This document shows, in pieces, positions 1-12,324 of a stretch of 64,000 bases of DNA (positions within the stretch are counted from its first letter, which is position 1; each line of letters starts with the position of its first letter). Under the pieces are notes generated by a model that did not search any database, was not told where the DNA came from, and was given only the letters and a program-made list of their open reading frames with translations. Source of the DNA: Octopus bimaculoides (taxonomy: Eukaryota); the NCBI RefSeq assembly GCF_001194135.2, contig NC_068984.1:17007944-17071943 (forward strand). The letters are read 5' to 3'. The position numbers and the translations under genes are program-made.

Positions 1-170
1 AAACATTCACTTGAACAAAACTGTACAAATCCAAATATATGGTACCCTAGGCATAACACCTACATGAACTTCTAACTTGTTGTCTCTTGAGGTCTCTGGG
101 TGAGACTTGGACCCAACTTGTACAAATGCAAAACAAAAGTCAAACATAAAATAATAATAATAATAATAAA
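1..170 (+). mobile_element. 3' UTR and (TAA)n tail of an R4/Dong-like non-LTR retrotransposon
   Basis: Matches 61810-61985 (CTAGGCATAACACC...GAACTTCTAACTTG...AAAAGTCAAACAT then TAA repeats), which follows a REL-endonuclease C-terminus. Confidence 0.65.
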
Positions 171-432
171 TAATAATGAAATTATTGTATACAGTGCTCA
201 GGTGCACTAAACCTTGTCAAAAGTGCGCATAAAGCATATGCAGTATTGTACAAATGTCTGGAAAGTGAACAGTGTATGAGTCAGATACATGCTTGCGTGT
301 GTATGGAGGGGAGAAAATCAGGTTGTAGTGTTGGCGAATCTCAGGAAGCATGGAAGTTTTGAAGGATGCATTGCTCCGACAACTAACAACTGATGCCAGC
401 AGTTTGTTCCATACTTCAGCAACTCTTAGCAT
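150..432 (-). mobile_element. CR1/L2-like LINE 3' end fragment
   Basis: Minus ORF LRVAEVWNKLLASVVSC...SFK fits the RV..WN.LP C-terminal motif. Same family as 10389-10915. Ends in ATT repeats. Confidence 0.75.
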
Positions 433-720
433 GAGCTCTACATGTATGAATAAATTTTAAACAATGACATGACACTAAATTTAATCAATAAAAATATCTC
501 CAAAACATTTTTGCATCACAACCCACCTTAAAACCTAATAACTACTCCATTCAAATACACATATCCAAGGCAGATTTTAACTCAACAGAAACTATATAAA
601 GCCAAGATTAGCTTCCATGGATCACAATTTGATGATGACTTAACTGGCCAAAACTTTAAAGTCATTATCAATAATATTCTTGTTTAAGAGTGATATATAT
701 ATATATATTTATATATATAT

Positions 721-1017
721 TCGAGCAAGGGTGTTGCCAGTGCTGCCAGACTGGCTCCTGTGCAGGTGACATGTAAAAACACCATTTGAGTGTGGCTGTT
801 GCCAGTACCGCCTGACTGGACATCGTGCTGGTGGCACATAAAAGCACCCACTACACTCTCGGAGTGGTTGGTGTTAGGAAGGGCATCCAGCTGTAGAAAC
901 TCTGCCAGATCAGATTGGAGCTCAGTGTAGCCATCTGACTCACTAGTCCTCAGTCAAATCGTCCAACCCATGCTAGCATGGAAAGCGGACGTTAAACGAT
1001 GATGATGATGATGATGA
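721..1017 (+). mobile_element. (GAT)n-tailed SINE (RTE-type tail; resembles octopus OK/Ceph-type SINEs)
   Basis: 3' end CCAACCCATGCTAGCATGGAAAGCGGACGTTAAACGATGATG recurs many times in the window. Family name is from recollection, not a search. Confidence 0.8.
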
Positions 1018-1019
1018 TT

Positions 1020-1643
1020 GAGAAGACCTGTTGAATCAAGTATAACCAAAATTGTAGCTGTGGCCAATGCCTCCTGACTGGCTCCTGTTACAGTGTCACA
1101 TAGAATGAATCATTTGAATGTGGCTGATGTTAGTGCTCCCTGACTGGCTCCCATACTGGTGGCACATAAAAATCACCATCCGAACGTGGTCAATGCCAGG
1201 TCTGCCTGGCTGGCTCTCAGGCCAGTGGCATGTAAAAAGCACCATCCAAACTTGGTCGATGCCAGGTTCACCTGATTGGCTCCTGTGCCAATGGCATATA
1301 AAAAGCACCATCCGTATGTGGCCGATGCCAGTGTCTCCTGACTGGCACCCATACCAGTAGCACATAAAACGCACTATTCGAATGTAATCAATGCCAGGCC
1401 CACCTGACTAGTTCCTGTGCCGGTGACACGTAAAAAGCTCTATCTGAACATGATCGATGCCAGGCCCGCCCGCCCGACTGACACATGAAAAGCACCCACT
1501 ACAATCTCAGAGCAGTTGGCGTTAGGAAGAGCATTCAGCTGTAGAAACATTACCAGATCTGATTGGAGCCATGTGCAGCCTACTGGCTTTCTAGACCTCA
1601 GTCAAACTGTCCAACTCATGCCAGCATGGAAAACAGGCATTAA

Positions 1644-1675
<32 letters not shown>
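1020..1675 (+). mobile_element. (GAT)n-tailed SINE with about six internal ~65-bp tandem subunits
   Basis: Repeated CCTGACTGGCTCC...GGCACATAAAAAGCACCAT...GATGCCAG units, then the family 3' end and GAT repeats. Confidence 0.8.
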
Positions 1676-1799
1676 AATCTGGCATTCCATCAGTTATAAT
1701 GACAAGAGTTCCGGTCGATCCAATGATTGAAACAGCCTGTTTGTGAAATCAACGTGCAGGTGGATGAGCACTCCACAGACACGTATATGCAAGGAGAGT

Positions 1800-1980
1800 C
1801 AGCGTGACACAGAATGTGAGAAGGCTGGCGCTTTGAAATACAGGTACAACTCATTTTTGCCAGGCGAGAGAGGACCGGAGCAACATGAAATAATGTGTCT
1901 TGCTCAAGGACACAATGTGCCACAGGGAATCGAACCCATGACCTTACGATCATGAACTGAACACCCTTACCACTAAACCT
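1800..1980 (-). mobile_element. tRNA-derived SINE fragment (family also at 14860-15210)
   Basis: Reverse B-box-like GGGAATCGAACCC plus CTTGCTCAAGGACACAA segment. Confidence 0.55.
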
Positions 1981-2200
1981 GACACTCACATTATGTATAT
2001 ATGAATAAATGCACTCACACATGCACACACACACACACACACGTGTGTGTATTTTATTGTTGTAATAACTCTTCTTGTCCTTTTAGTTATTTTTATCAAA
2101 CAATTCTAGGCTTGTCATGCATTTATTTTTACTTTGCTTATTGAAGCATGTTAACAGTAGCATTAATTGGTATGGTATCTCTATTCACGTGCAATCCTCC

Positions 2201-2251
<51 letters not shown>

Positions 2252-2418
2252 CACACACACCACACATACACACACACACACACAACACACACACACACAA
2301 CACACAACACACATACGCCCCCCACACTATCAGCCCAATTAAAATCCATACACATGCACATATACATACAATCTATCTGTCTATGTATCTATCTACCTAT
2401 TTATAAATATACAGTGTA

Positions 2419-2451
<33 letters not shown>

Positions 2452-2917
2452 TTATGCACACATACACACAGCGAAAAAGACTTGGTAACAGCCTGCTTAT
2501 TAAAGTGCAGTCAGTTGAAATTCACTGACAGACACAGTACAAAGAGCAAAGAACAAGGATAGGGTTATAATGTATGCGTAAAAGGTACATAATGGACACA
2601 TCATTAATGATAAGGTCCCAGGCTGTGATGAAAGAACTTTGACGAATGAATTAATCAATCAATTAATTTATCTAAATATTAAATATGTAACTATCTAATT
2701 AATTGATGATAAAACTGAAGTGAACTACAACCAGTGTTTATGTCTTCATTTACAGCATAACCCTCCCAAAATAGAACAATATTAACTGGAAAGAGCTTAT
2801 CATTTAGGCATGAGATTTTACTGTGGAATCAAATTGAGAAGGATATTTATGCAATTTTTTCATCAGAAAAGAAGTTTTGGAATCAAGTAAAGAATTTTTG
2901 AGATTCAATATATTCTT

Positions 2918-3340
2918 TTATTTGTTTCAGTCATTTGACTGCGGCCATGCTGGAGCACCGCCTTTAGTTGAACAAATCGACCCCAGGACTTATTCCTTGT
3001 AAGCCCAGTATTTATTCTATCGGTTGCTTATGCTGAACCGCTAAGTTACAGGGGCGTAAATGCACCAGCATTGGTTGCCAAACGATGTTGGGGTGGGGGG
3101 GACAAACACAGACACACACAAACACAGACACACACACACTCACACACACACACACACACACATACACACACACACACACACATACACAACACGCTTCTTT
3201 CAGATTCTGTCTACAAATCCACTCACAAGGCTTTGGTTGGTCTGAGGCTATAGTAGAAGACACTTGCCCAAGGTTCCACACAGTGGGACTGAACCTGGAA
3301 CCATGTGGTTGGTAAGCAAGCTACTTACCACACAGCCACT
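2918..3340 (-). mobile_element. tRNA-headed CORE-like SINE with internal (CA)n
   Basis: Reverse complement of GGCTGTGTGGTAAGTAGCTTGC...ACCTTGGGCAAGTGTCTT...; full plus-strand copy at 20745-21230. Confidence 0.8.
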
Positions 3341-3500
3341 TCATTTTTGAACTGATAGTTTCTTAAGCAAATATATCTCATTCTTAAAATTTATATAATT
3401 CAATTAATATTTTAGGTACTAGCATATTTTATACTTTTAGTTTTTTTTTATGAAATTGTAATTTTGGTTTAAAGCATTTCCACATGAGCTCTATAATTAC

Positions 3501-3668
3501 CTTTGAAGGATAAAGGCTTTTTCTTCTCTGGTACATTTTCATTTCCCTTTAATTTTCTTGGGAATAAAAATAATGGTACTGACATTAATATGGCTGCCAG
3601 ACCAAAAGTAAGAAATCCTAGCCACCAGGCACCAATCCATTGAGGATCAGAAGGTTTAAGAGGGGTTT
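3501..3668 (-). CDS. SLCO: SLCO/OATP transporter exon carrying the family signature
   Basis: ETPLKPSDPQWIGAWWLGFLTFGLAAILMSVPLFLFPRKLKG matches the OATP signature D-x-RW-(I/V)-GAWW-x-G-(F/L)-L with R to Q. AG acceptor, GT donor, phase 1 to 1. Confidence 0.88.
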
Positions 3669-5411
3669 CTGAAAGAAAAAAAGAAAATATTCACATTCAT
3701 TTTTTGAACTGATCTATAAAACTTACCAATTCATAAAAAAAAAAAAAAATCATGTCCATCACATTTTGTCTAGCAAACTACTTGGTGCCACATAAAAAGC
3801 TCTGGCGATGGTACCACACAAAAGGTACTAGTATTTTGCCCTACTGTTCTAACAGTTTTGCTAATTCACTGATAAGATATTCTGACACATTATCATATGC
3901 CATCCTATCAAGTTGTAACATAGTTGATTATTCTTTTCTTTACATCATAAAATTTTTTCATGGGAAGTTAATAGATATATTTACTAAAATTGCATAAAAA
4001 TATCTTTCTATTTCCTATCTTATCTAAACTAACTATTGCTTAACCATCCTTTCACACCATCTCCGATGAAGAAATATAATAAATATCCTGGAAACAGCTG
4101 TAAGACCTTCTATTTTTAAATGTTCTTTAATGCACACAGCCTTGGCTTTTTATCTCATTACGAAAAGTAAATTCTTATATTCACACGCTGATATATGACC
4201 TACGTTGGACCCCTTATTCGCATAATCACCGAACCTGGAGCTTAACTATGGTCTATCTACAGCACTTACTCAGTATTACCTGAAACCTCTGGGTCTAATT
4301 GACACCACTTTCGCTCATATCCTATATATATATATCTTTGATGATATATATACATATATATATATATATATATCATTATTATCATCATTACCGTTTAATG
4401 TCTGTTTACCATAATGGTATGGCTTGGATGGTTTGATTGGAACCAATGAGCCATCGGACAGTGCTAAGCTCTAGTAATGACATTGGTATGGTTCCTATAC
4501 CCTTCCTGATGCCATCCACTTTACAGATAAACTGGAGACTTCAAAGAAAAATATTTCGGGTTATTTATTCCACGAATCATGCACAGATATCCCCTTCTCA
4601 CACTTACCATTGGAAAAGCAGCAAAACTATGATTGATCTATTGGAAACCTATAATCAATAATGCTACTGTTGACGGAAAAAGAACTGCCTGAGATTGAAC
4701 AAAAATATATAAACATGAAAGCTGTCCCTCACACACTTGTTATGTCACTATCTGATAAAGGTTTAAATATATAACTTAGTGATAAAGTCATTCACCTAAA
4801 GTTAATCTCTCTTTGTTAATCCTTCTATAAACACTGCATTTTATCTGTCAAGATAAAAGGGAAAAATTATTTTCAGTAGTTCAGAAAATGAATTCTAAGC
4901 CAATTGGTAGTTGTGGTGGGGATGGCAATAGCAGTAATGGTGGTGGTGGTGGTGGTGGTTGTGGTGGTAGTGTTGGTGGTGGTGGTNNNNNNNNNNNNNN
5001 NNNNNNNNNNNNNNNNNNNNNNNNNNNNNNNNNNNNNNNNNNNNNNNNNNNNNNNNNNNNNNNNNNNNNNNNNNNNNNNNNNNNNNNNNNNNNNNNNNNN
5101 NNNNNNNNNNNNNNNNNNNNNNNNNNNNNNNNNNNNNNNNNNNNNNNNNNNNNNNNNNNNNNNNNNNNNNNNNNNNNNNNNNNNNNNNNNNNNNNNNNNN
5201 NNNNNNNNNNNNNNNNNNNNNNNNNNNNNNNNNNNNNNNNNNNNNNNNNNNNNNNNNNNNNNNNNNNNNNNNNNNNNNNNNNNNNNNNNNNNNNNNNNNN
5301 NNNNNNNNNNNNNNNNNTATATATATATATATATATATATATCTACTTGTATATATATATGTGTATGAGTGTGTGTGTGTGTGCATGTGTATGAATGTAT
5401 TTGGGTGTATT

Positions 5412-5445
<34 letters not shown>

Positions 5446-6199
5446 GGGAGATGTTAGTGACCTAATAATTCCAAATAAGACTTCAGCAAAATGTCAAAAG
5501 GAAACTGTAATCTTGGTAGGTCACTGAAGTTTAAGCTAGATCAGTCAGGTTGCTCTGGTAATATGTGACAGTTTCAGAAATCCATCTGAATTGTTAATAC
5601 GCCATTATGTTCATGAAGATTAGTAGAACAATGCCAGACAATACAAAATTAGAAATTAATGTTATCTAGATGTTCAATCTATTTTTATTGAACACATTGA
5701 GGTATGTACCATCAAAAAGTATATTATGAGTCACGATACAAAAAGAAAAGAGATATTTTAAGTGTTTAAGCTATAGTTTACTATAGCAGAATAAAAAAGT
5801 TGTTCTGTTTCTCAATCTGGAAAGTTCTTCATTATTACAAGAGATAAGCATTAGTGAAGATGGTGAATTGAGGATTTTTCCATGCAAAAAATGTTTATAA
5901 GGATACGAGGCATGTGTAGCAGTCTTCATGAACGAAGATAGGTTCAGAAAAGAAATGTAAGTATAATAATTCTTATTTGATCAAATTGTGAGTTCATCAT
6001 CGTCATCATCGTCGTCATCATCGTCATCATCGTCATCGTCATAATCATCATCATCATCTATATTTAACAATTGTTCTCCATGCTGGCATGGGTTGGATGG
6101 TTTTATAGGGGCTGGCAAGCCAGAGAGCTGCAACAAGTATCAGTTATCTGTTTTGGCATATTTTCTATGGCTGAATGCCCTTCCTAATACCAACCAATC

Positions 6200-6412
6200 C
6201 TATATTTGTTTCAGTCACTTGACTGCAACCATGCTGGAGCACTGCCTTGAAGGGATTTTAGTCAAATGAATTGACCCCAATATTATTTCTTTTTTTAATT
6301 CTATCAGACTCTTTTTGCCGAAATGCTAAGTTATGGGGATGTAAGCACACCAACACTGGCTGTCAAGCGGTAATGTGGTGGTGGTGGTGGTGGAGGGACA
6401 GAGAGACACAAA

Positions 6413-6458
<46 letters not shown>

Positions 6459-6610
6459 ATAGGCTTCTTTCAATTTCAGTCTACCAAATCCACTCATAAA
6501 GCCTTGGTCGGCCTGAGGCCTATAGTAGACAACACTTGCCCAAGATGCCATGTTGTGGGACTGAACCCAGAACCATGTGATTGGGAAGCAAGCTTCTTAC
6601 CACACAGCCA
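6200..6610 (-). mobile_element. CORE-like SINE with internal (CA)n
   Basis: Same family as 2918-3340. Confidence 0.75.
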
Positions 6611-6689
6611 TACCTGTGCCTTGTCACATAACTGGCACCCGTGCCGGTGGCACATAAAATGTGAACACATCACTATCCTACAAAGAGTA

Positions 6690-6903
6690 CCAGATTTCCC
6701 TCAACTGCACAAAGCAGCAGAAGTCTCCTGGCCCAGACAACATCCCAGTGGAACTTCTAAAACATGGCGGACTACTATTAAACACCAGTCTATTCACATT
6801 GATTCTCTGAATGTGGAAGAATTGCCATGTTCTTTAAGACCTCAAAGATGCTGTTATCATCACCATCTTCAAAAAAGGAGATAGAAAGATCTGTGGGAAC
6901 TAA
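6690..6903 (+). mobile_element. RTE-clade LINE reverse-transcriptase N-terminal fragment (dead)
   Basis: KSPGPDNIPVELLKHGG...MWK...DLKDAVIITIFKKGDRKICGN* with in-frame stops. Confidence 0.8.
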
Positions 6904-6959
6904 AGTGACTGAACTCCTTTTGAGTGTTTGGGCCTTGTGGCGGCAATGACTGAGACCTT

Positions 6960-7237
6960 TGGTATTATGTCATGCTTGAGAAGAAGACCCATCAAGTCAA
7001 GTAAAATCACAGTTGTGGCAGATACCAGTGTCACGCAAATGGCACCCGTGCCGGTGGCATGTAAGAGCACTCACTACACTCTCGGAGTGGTTGGCCACAA
7101 GAAGGGCATCCAGCCATAGAAACCATGCCAAATCAGACTGGAGTCTGGTGCAGCCTTCCAGCTTACCAGCCCTGGTCAAACCATCCAACCCATGCCAGCA
7201 TGGACAACGGATGTTAAATGATGATGATGATGATGAT
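6960..7237 (+). mobile_element. (GAT)n-tailed SINE
   Basis: Family 3' end and GAT tail. Confidence 0.75.
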
Positions 7238-7241
7238 ATGT

Positions 7242-7390
7242 CATCATCATCATTTAACATCCATTCTCCATACTGGCATAGGTTGGACTGTTTGACCGGA
7301 TCTAGTAAATCGGAGGGCTGTACCAGGCACCGGTCATCTGTTTTGTCATGGTTTCTAAGGCTGGATACCCTTCATAATGCCAACCACTTT
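7242..7390 (-). mobile_element. (GAT)n-tailed SINE 3' part, inverted against the previous copy
   Basis: CATCATCATTTAACATCC...GGTTGGA. Confidence 0.7.
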
Positions 7391-7749
7391 GGTTTGCAGA
7401 GAAAGAAACATGTGTGCAGAACAGTTAGCATGTAAATGAACACGGACACACGAATGAAGACGCATACACCATCACACAAGCGTGTGCACATGGGAAAACA
7501 CATGCCCAAAACACATACACCAGTGGCATGAAGTTATGGTGTGAAAGTGGCTGAAACAAATAAAGAGTATATATAAGTATGTATGTGTGTGTGTATTTGT
7601 GTGTGAGTGTATCTGTGTATCTGTGTGTGTGTGCGTGTGTGTGCCTGCATGTACATTCATACAAACACATTCTTGATTGTGGGCATATATGTAAGTGCAT
7701 ATGTGATAAAAAAAGAAAGAAAAAGCATAGTAATTTTTAATTCTGTAGT

Positions 7750-8040
7750 CCCACCTGATTGGCATGGAAAAAGCACCGTTCGAGCATGATTGTTGCCAGT
7801 GCCACCTGACTGGCTCTTGTGCTGGTGGAATGTAAAAAGCACCATTCAAGTATGGCCAATGCCAGTACTCCCTGACTGGCACGTAAAAAGCACTCTCAGA
7901 GTAGTTGGCATTAGGAAGAACATCCAGCTGTAGAAACCTTGCCAGATCAGATTGGAACCTGGTGCAGCCTCCTGGCTTGCTAGCCCTCAGTCAAACCATC
8001 CAATCCATTCCAGTATGGAAAGCAGATGTTAAACGACGAT
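7750..8040 (+). mobile_element. (GAT)n-tailed SINE
   Basis: Internal subunits and family 3' end. Confidence 0.75.
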
Positions 8041-8429
8041 ATTAGTTTGTTTCATTTTTTTTTTCAAAAGTTATTATTTTCCAGCTAGCTATTTAGTTAT
8101 TTATAATTCTTCTTTTAATGCTCCAGCCAATAATCTGTGGCCATGCTTGGTCACCACCAAAACATTCTTCAAGTAGGCCAATATTCACTGTGTCTTACAT
8201 TGAGTCTTACAGACACCCATGTCCTTCATCAATGAATGAACTGAGTAACCTCCAATCCAAGTTTTTTGCTGATTATGTTTGTCTTTTGACTATTTTGTTT
8301 TGTTTTCATTACCATAAACTTTAGAACTACCATATTTGATAGTATATAAGATGCACTTTTTTCCCTCAAAAAAGTCTTTAAAAATCAGCCCCAGACCTAT
8401 ATGCGTGATTGCTTTGAATATCACTTGCT

Positions 8430-8655
8430 TTCAGGTGGCGAACTGGCAGAAATGTTAGCATGTGGGACGAAATGCTTAACATTATTTCCTCTGTCTTTAT
8501 GTTCTGAGTTCAAATTCCACCAAAGTCAACTTTGCCTTTCGTCCTTTCGAGGTTGATAAATTAAGTACCAATTGCGTACTGGGGTTGATCTTATTGACTG
8601 ACCCTCACCTTCCCAAAAATTTTGGGCCTTGTGCCTAAGGTAGAAAAGAATATTA
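8430..8655 (+). mobile_element. tRNA-headed SINE with GCCTTTCATCCTTTC...GATAAA..AAGTACCAG central domain (Meta-like), tail type B
   Basis: Head GCTGGCAGAAACGTTAGC...GAGTTCAAATTCC; tail ...GGCCTTGTGCCTA.AGTAGAAAAGAATATT. Confidence 0.75.
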
Positions 8656-8984
8656 CATGCTTTAATCCACTAAAAACATTTTTTCCCTGAATATGCATGG
8701 TTGAAACTGGGATTTATCTAATATGCCCATGCATCTTTTATGCCATTAAATACAATATTTGTTTCTTTATTGCCCACAGGGGGTTAAACATAGAGAGGAT
8801 AAACAAAGAGATTAAGTCGATTACATCGACCCTAGCGTGTAACTAGTACTTATTTAATTGNNNNNNNNNNAAGAATATTACATGCTTTAATCCACTAAAA
8901 ACATTTTTTCCCTGAATATGCATGGTTGAAACTGGGATTTATCTAATATGCCCATGCATCTTTTATGCCATTAAATACAATATT

Positions 8985-9210
8985 TGTTTCTTTATTGCCC
9001 ACAGGGGGTTAAACATAGAGAGGATAAACAAAGAGATTAAGTCGATTACATCGACCCTAGCGTGTAACTAGTACTTATTTAATTGACCCCGCAAAAGGAT
9101 GAAAGGCAAGGTCGACCTCAGTGGAATTTGAACTCAGAACATAACGGCAGATGAAATACCGTTAAGCATTTTGCCTGGCATGCTAACGTTTCTGGCAGCT
9201 TGCCGCCTTA
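8985..9210 (-). mobile_element. Meta-like SINE, tail type A
   Basis: Reverse of the head plus tail CCCCTTGTGGGCAATAAAGAAA. Confidence 0.75.
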
Positions 9211-9252
9211 AAATACAATATTTAACTATTTGACAAAATATCTCATGCTTAC

Positions 9253-9483
9253 CTACGTAGCCGCCAGTGTGGGCTTCGTCTACATTCTCATCAATGTATG
9301 CAATGGCAAGTGGAAATCTTGCAGCTTTTCCAACACCAATCAACAGCATTCCAATTAAAATAAAGTAGTAACCAATTCTACTGGAACCAGTGAATGATTC
9401 TTCTTCCATCAAATTGCACTCAATACTCGTATTTAAGGCTGGATCCTGTGTTGATTTGAAATCAGTCCACATTGTTCTATTGG
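9253..9483 (-). CDS. SLCO: SLCO/OATP exon (TM4 region)
   Basis: ...GYYFILIGMLLIGVGKAARFPLAIAYIDENVDEAHTGGYV(G) aligns with the OATP 'G.G......LG..YIDDNV' region. TTTAG acceptor, GTAAG donor, phase 1 to 1. Confidence 0.85.
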
Positions 9484-9562
9484 CTAAACAACAGTTAAGT
9501 AATGTTTAATTATGTGTGTGTGTATGTGTGTGTGTGTATGTGTGTGTGTATGTGTGTGTGTA

Positions 9563-9603
<41 letters not shown>

Positions 9604-10388
9604 NNNNNNNNNNNNNNNNNNNNNNNNNNNNNNNNNNNNNNNNNNNNNNNNNNNNNNNNNNNNNNNNNNNNNNNNNNNNNNNNNNNNNNNNNNNNNNNNN
9701 NNNNNNNNNNNNNNNNNNNNNNNNNNNNNNNNNNNNNNNNNNNNNNNNNNNNNNNNNNNNNNNNNNNNNNNNNNNNNNNNNNNNNNNNNNNNNNNNNNNN
9801 NNNNNNNNNNNNNNNNNNNNNNNNNNNNNNNNNNNNNNNNNNNNNNNNNNNNNNNNNNNNNNNNNNNNNNNNNNNNNNNNNNNNNNNNNNNNNNNNNNNN
9901 NNNNNNNNNNNNNNNNNNNNNNNNNNNNNNNNNNNNNNNNNNNNNNNNNNNNNNNNNNNNNNNNNNNNNNNNNNNNNNNNNNNNNNNNNNNNNNNNNNNN
10001 NNNNNNNNNNNNNNNNNNNNNNNNNNNNNNNNNNNNNNNNNNNNNNNNNNNNNNNNNNNNNNNNNNNNNNNNNNNNNNNNNNNNNNNNNNNNNNNNNNNN
10101 NNNNNNNNNNNNNNNNNNNNNNNNNNNNNNNNNNNNNNNNNNNNNNNNNNNNNNNNNNNNNNNNNNNNNNNNNNNNNNNNNNNNNNNNNNNNNNNNNNNN
10201 NNNNNNNNNNNNNNNNNNNNNNNNNNNNNNNNNNNNNNNNNNNNNNNNNNNNNNNNNNNNNNNNNNNNNNNNNNNNNNNNNNNNNNNNNNNNNNNNNNNN
10301 NNNNNNNNNNNNNNNNNNNNNNNNNNNNNNNNNNNNNNNNNNNNNNNNNNNNNNNNNNNNNNNNNNNNNNNNNNNNNNNNNNNNNNNN

Positions 10389-10914
10389 TCCTGGAAACTG
10401 TTCAGAGGTGTACAACCAAGCAAATATCTTCCATCAGGCATCTACCATATTCTGAGTGCCTTGCTTCCCTGGGCAAAGATACATTTAAGCTCCAACATCT
10501 GGCAACTGACTTGGTAAACACCTACAAAATTATTAACCATTGTGTCAACAACCACCTGGAACGCCTTTTTGAGCTCCATGTGTCTAACTCACGTGGGCAT
10601 GCCTACAAAGTCAGACAACAGCACAGCTCCCATGACTTTCGGAAAATTTTTTCCACACTCAGAGTTGCTGAAGCATGGAACAAACTACCTGCATCAGTTG
10701 ATAGTTGCTGAGACATTGCATCCTTTAAAACCTCCATATTTCTTGAAATTCACCAACACTACACCTGATATTACCCCCACTCCATACACATCCATATATG
10801 TATACCATGACTCATACGCTGTTCACTTTCCTGACTTTTGCACATAATTCTATGTACTGTTCATGCACCTTTGATGAGTTGTAGTGCACCTGAGCAGCAC
10901 CATACACAATAATT

Positions 10915-10915
<1 letters not shown>
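10389..10915 (+). mobile_element. CR1/L2-like LINE ORF2 3' end and UTR
   Basis: LVNTYKIIN...SRGHAYKVRQQHSSHDFRKIFSTLRVAEAWNKLP. Confidence 0.8.
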
Positions 10916-11108
<193 letters not shown>

Positions 11109-11461
11109 CACCCTGAAAGGAAGAGAAGGCAAAGTTGACCCCAATGGCATTTGAATGCAGAACTAGGAAGAAATGCTGCAAAGCATTGTCCAGTGTACTA
11201 ATGATTTGGACAGTCAACCACCTTAAACAACAACAACAAAAACAACAATAATAGTAATGCAAGGAAAGAACAAAGTTGAAAAATCATTTAAAATATAATC
11301 AAGTAAATTAATTCAAACCTACAACACTATCTTGGTCAATGTCAACACGATGTGATAATTTTTATCAAAAAGCAAGATATATTTACTTAATTTATCTTCA
11401 GTTTAGGATTATGAATCACTATGTATCTTTACTTTTTTTTTATCGTTTTTTTTTTCTTTTA

Positions 11462-11850
11462 TCTTTTATTTGTTTCAGTCATTAGATTGCGGCCATGCTG
11501 GGGCACTGCCCTGAAGAATCTTTTAGTCAAATGAATTGACCCTAATGCTTATAAATATATATATTTTCTAAAGCCTGGTTCTTATTCTATCAGTCTGTTT
11601 TGCAGAATTGCTAAGCAACAGTGACATAAACACACCGACATTGAGTGTCAAATGGTGATGGGGAACACACACACAAACACACACACACACACACAAAGGG
11701 CTTCTTTAGTTTCCATCTACCAAATCCACTCACAGGGCTTTGGTCGGCCCAATGTTGTAGTAAAAAACACTTGCCCAAGGTGCCACTCAGTGGGACTGAA
11801 CCCAGAACCATGTGGCTGGAAAGCAAACTTCTTACAACATAACCACACGT
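11462..11850 (-). mobile_element. CORE-like SINE
   Basis: Same family as 2918-3340. Confidence 0.75.
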
Positions 11851-11891
11851 GCATTAGTAATTTAGTAAAATAAAGCAAAACTGATACTTGC

Positions 11892-12200
11892 CTCCATGTT
11901 GCTTTGGTTAGTATTCCATTTTGGATGTGGTGTGATAAAGTAGGGCAGAGCACAGATAAGAATAGCAAGACCAACTGTAACATTGGTAATAGCTAACACT
12001 CTTGGTCTATGACAGTTCTTAAGTAAATAACCAAAAACTAGCACAGAAGATATAAATCCAACATCATTTATACTTATGAGAATTCCTGAGGATTTGCTTT
12101 GCAAATTAAACTGTTTTTCAATAGCTGTAATCTGTGATCCCAAATAATGGTCTAAAGAATGCACGAATATATTTGCAAGGCTGACATAAATGACAAAGAC
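11892..12200 (-). CDS. SLCO: SLCO/OATP exon (TM1-TM3)
   Basis: VFVIYVSLANIFVHSLDHYLGSQITAIEKQFNLQSKSSGILISINDVGFISSVLVFGYLLKNCHRPRVLAITNVTVGLAILICALPYFI matches the OATP 'ITTIEKRF...SG...S..D.G.....FG...HRPR......ALPHF' pattern. TTTCAG acceptor, GC donor (GAG|GCAAGT). Confidence 0.88.
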
Positions 12201-12324
12201 CTGAAAACAAAAATAAGATAAAACTGATATCACTTAATAGAATTGACAAATTAGCTACTTAAAAGCACTACAGAGTTTGACAACCTCGTAGTGTCCTGAA
12301 TGGAAGGTGGATGACTAGTAATAA

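Noticed and set aside
1080-1500. Regularly spaced ~65-bp repeats resembling a CRISPR array
   Set aside because: Whole units are homologous with no unique spacers, they lie inside a SINE, and there are no cas genes in this eukaryotic context.
8646-9085. Exact 215-bp tandem duplication (8646-8860 and 8871-9085)
   Set aside because: The copies are identical and separated by a 10-N gap, so this is an unmerged contig overlap (assembly artefact).
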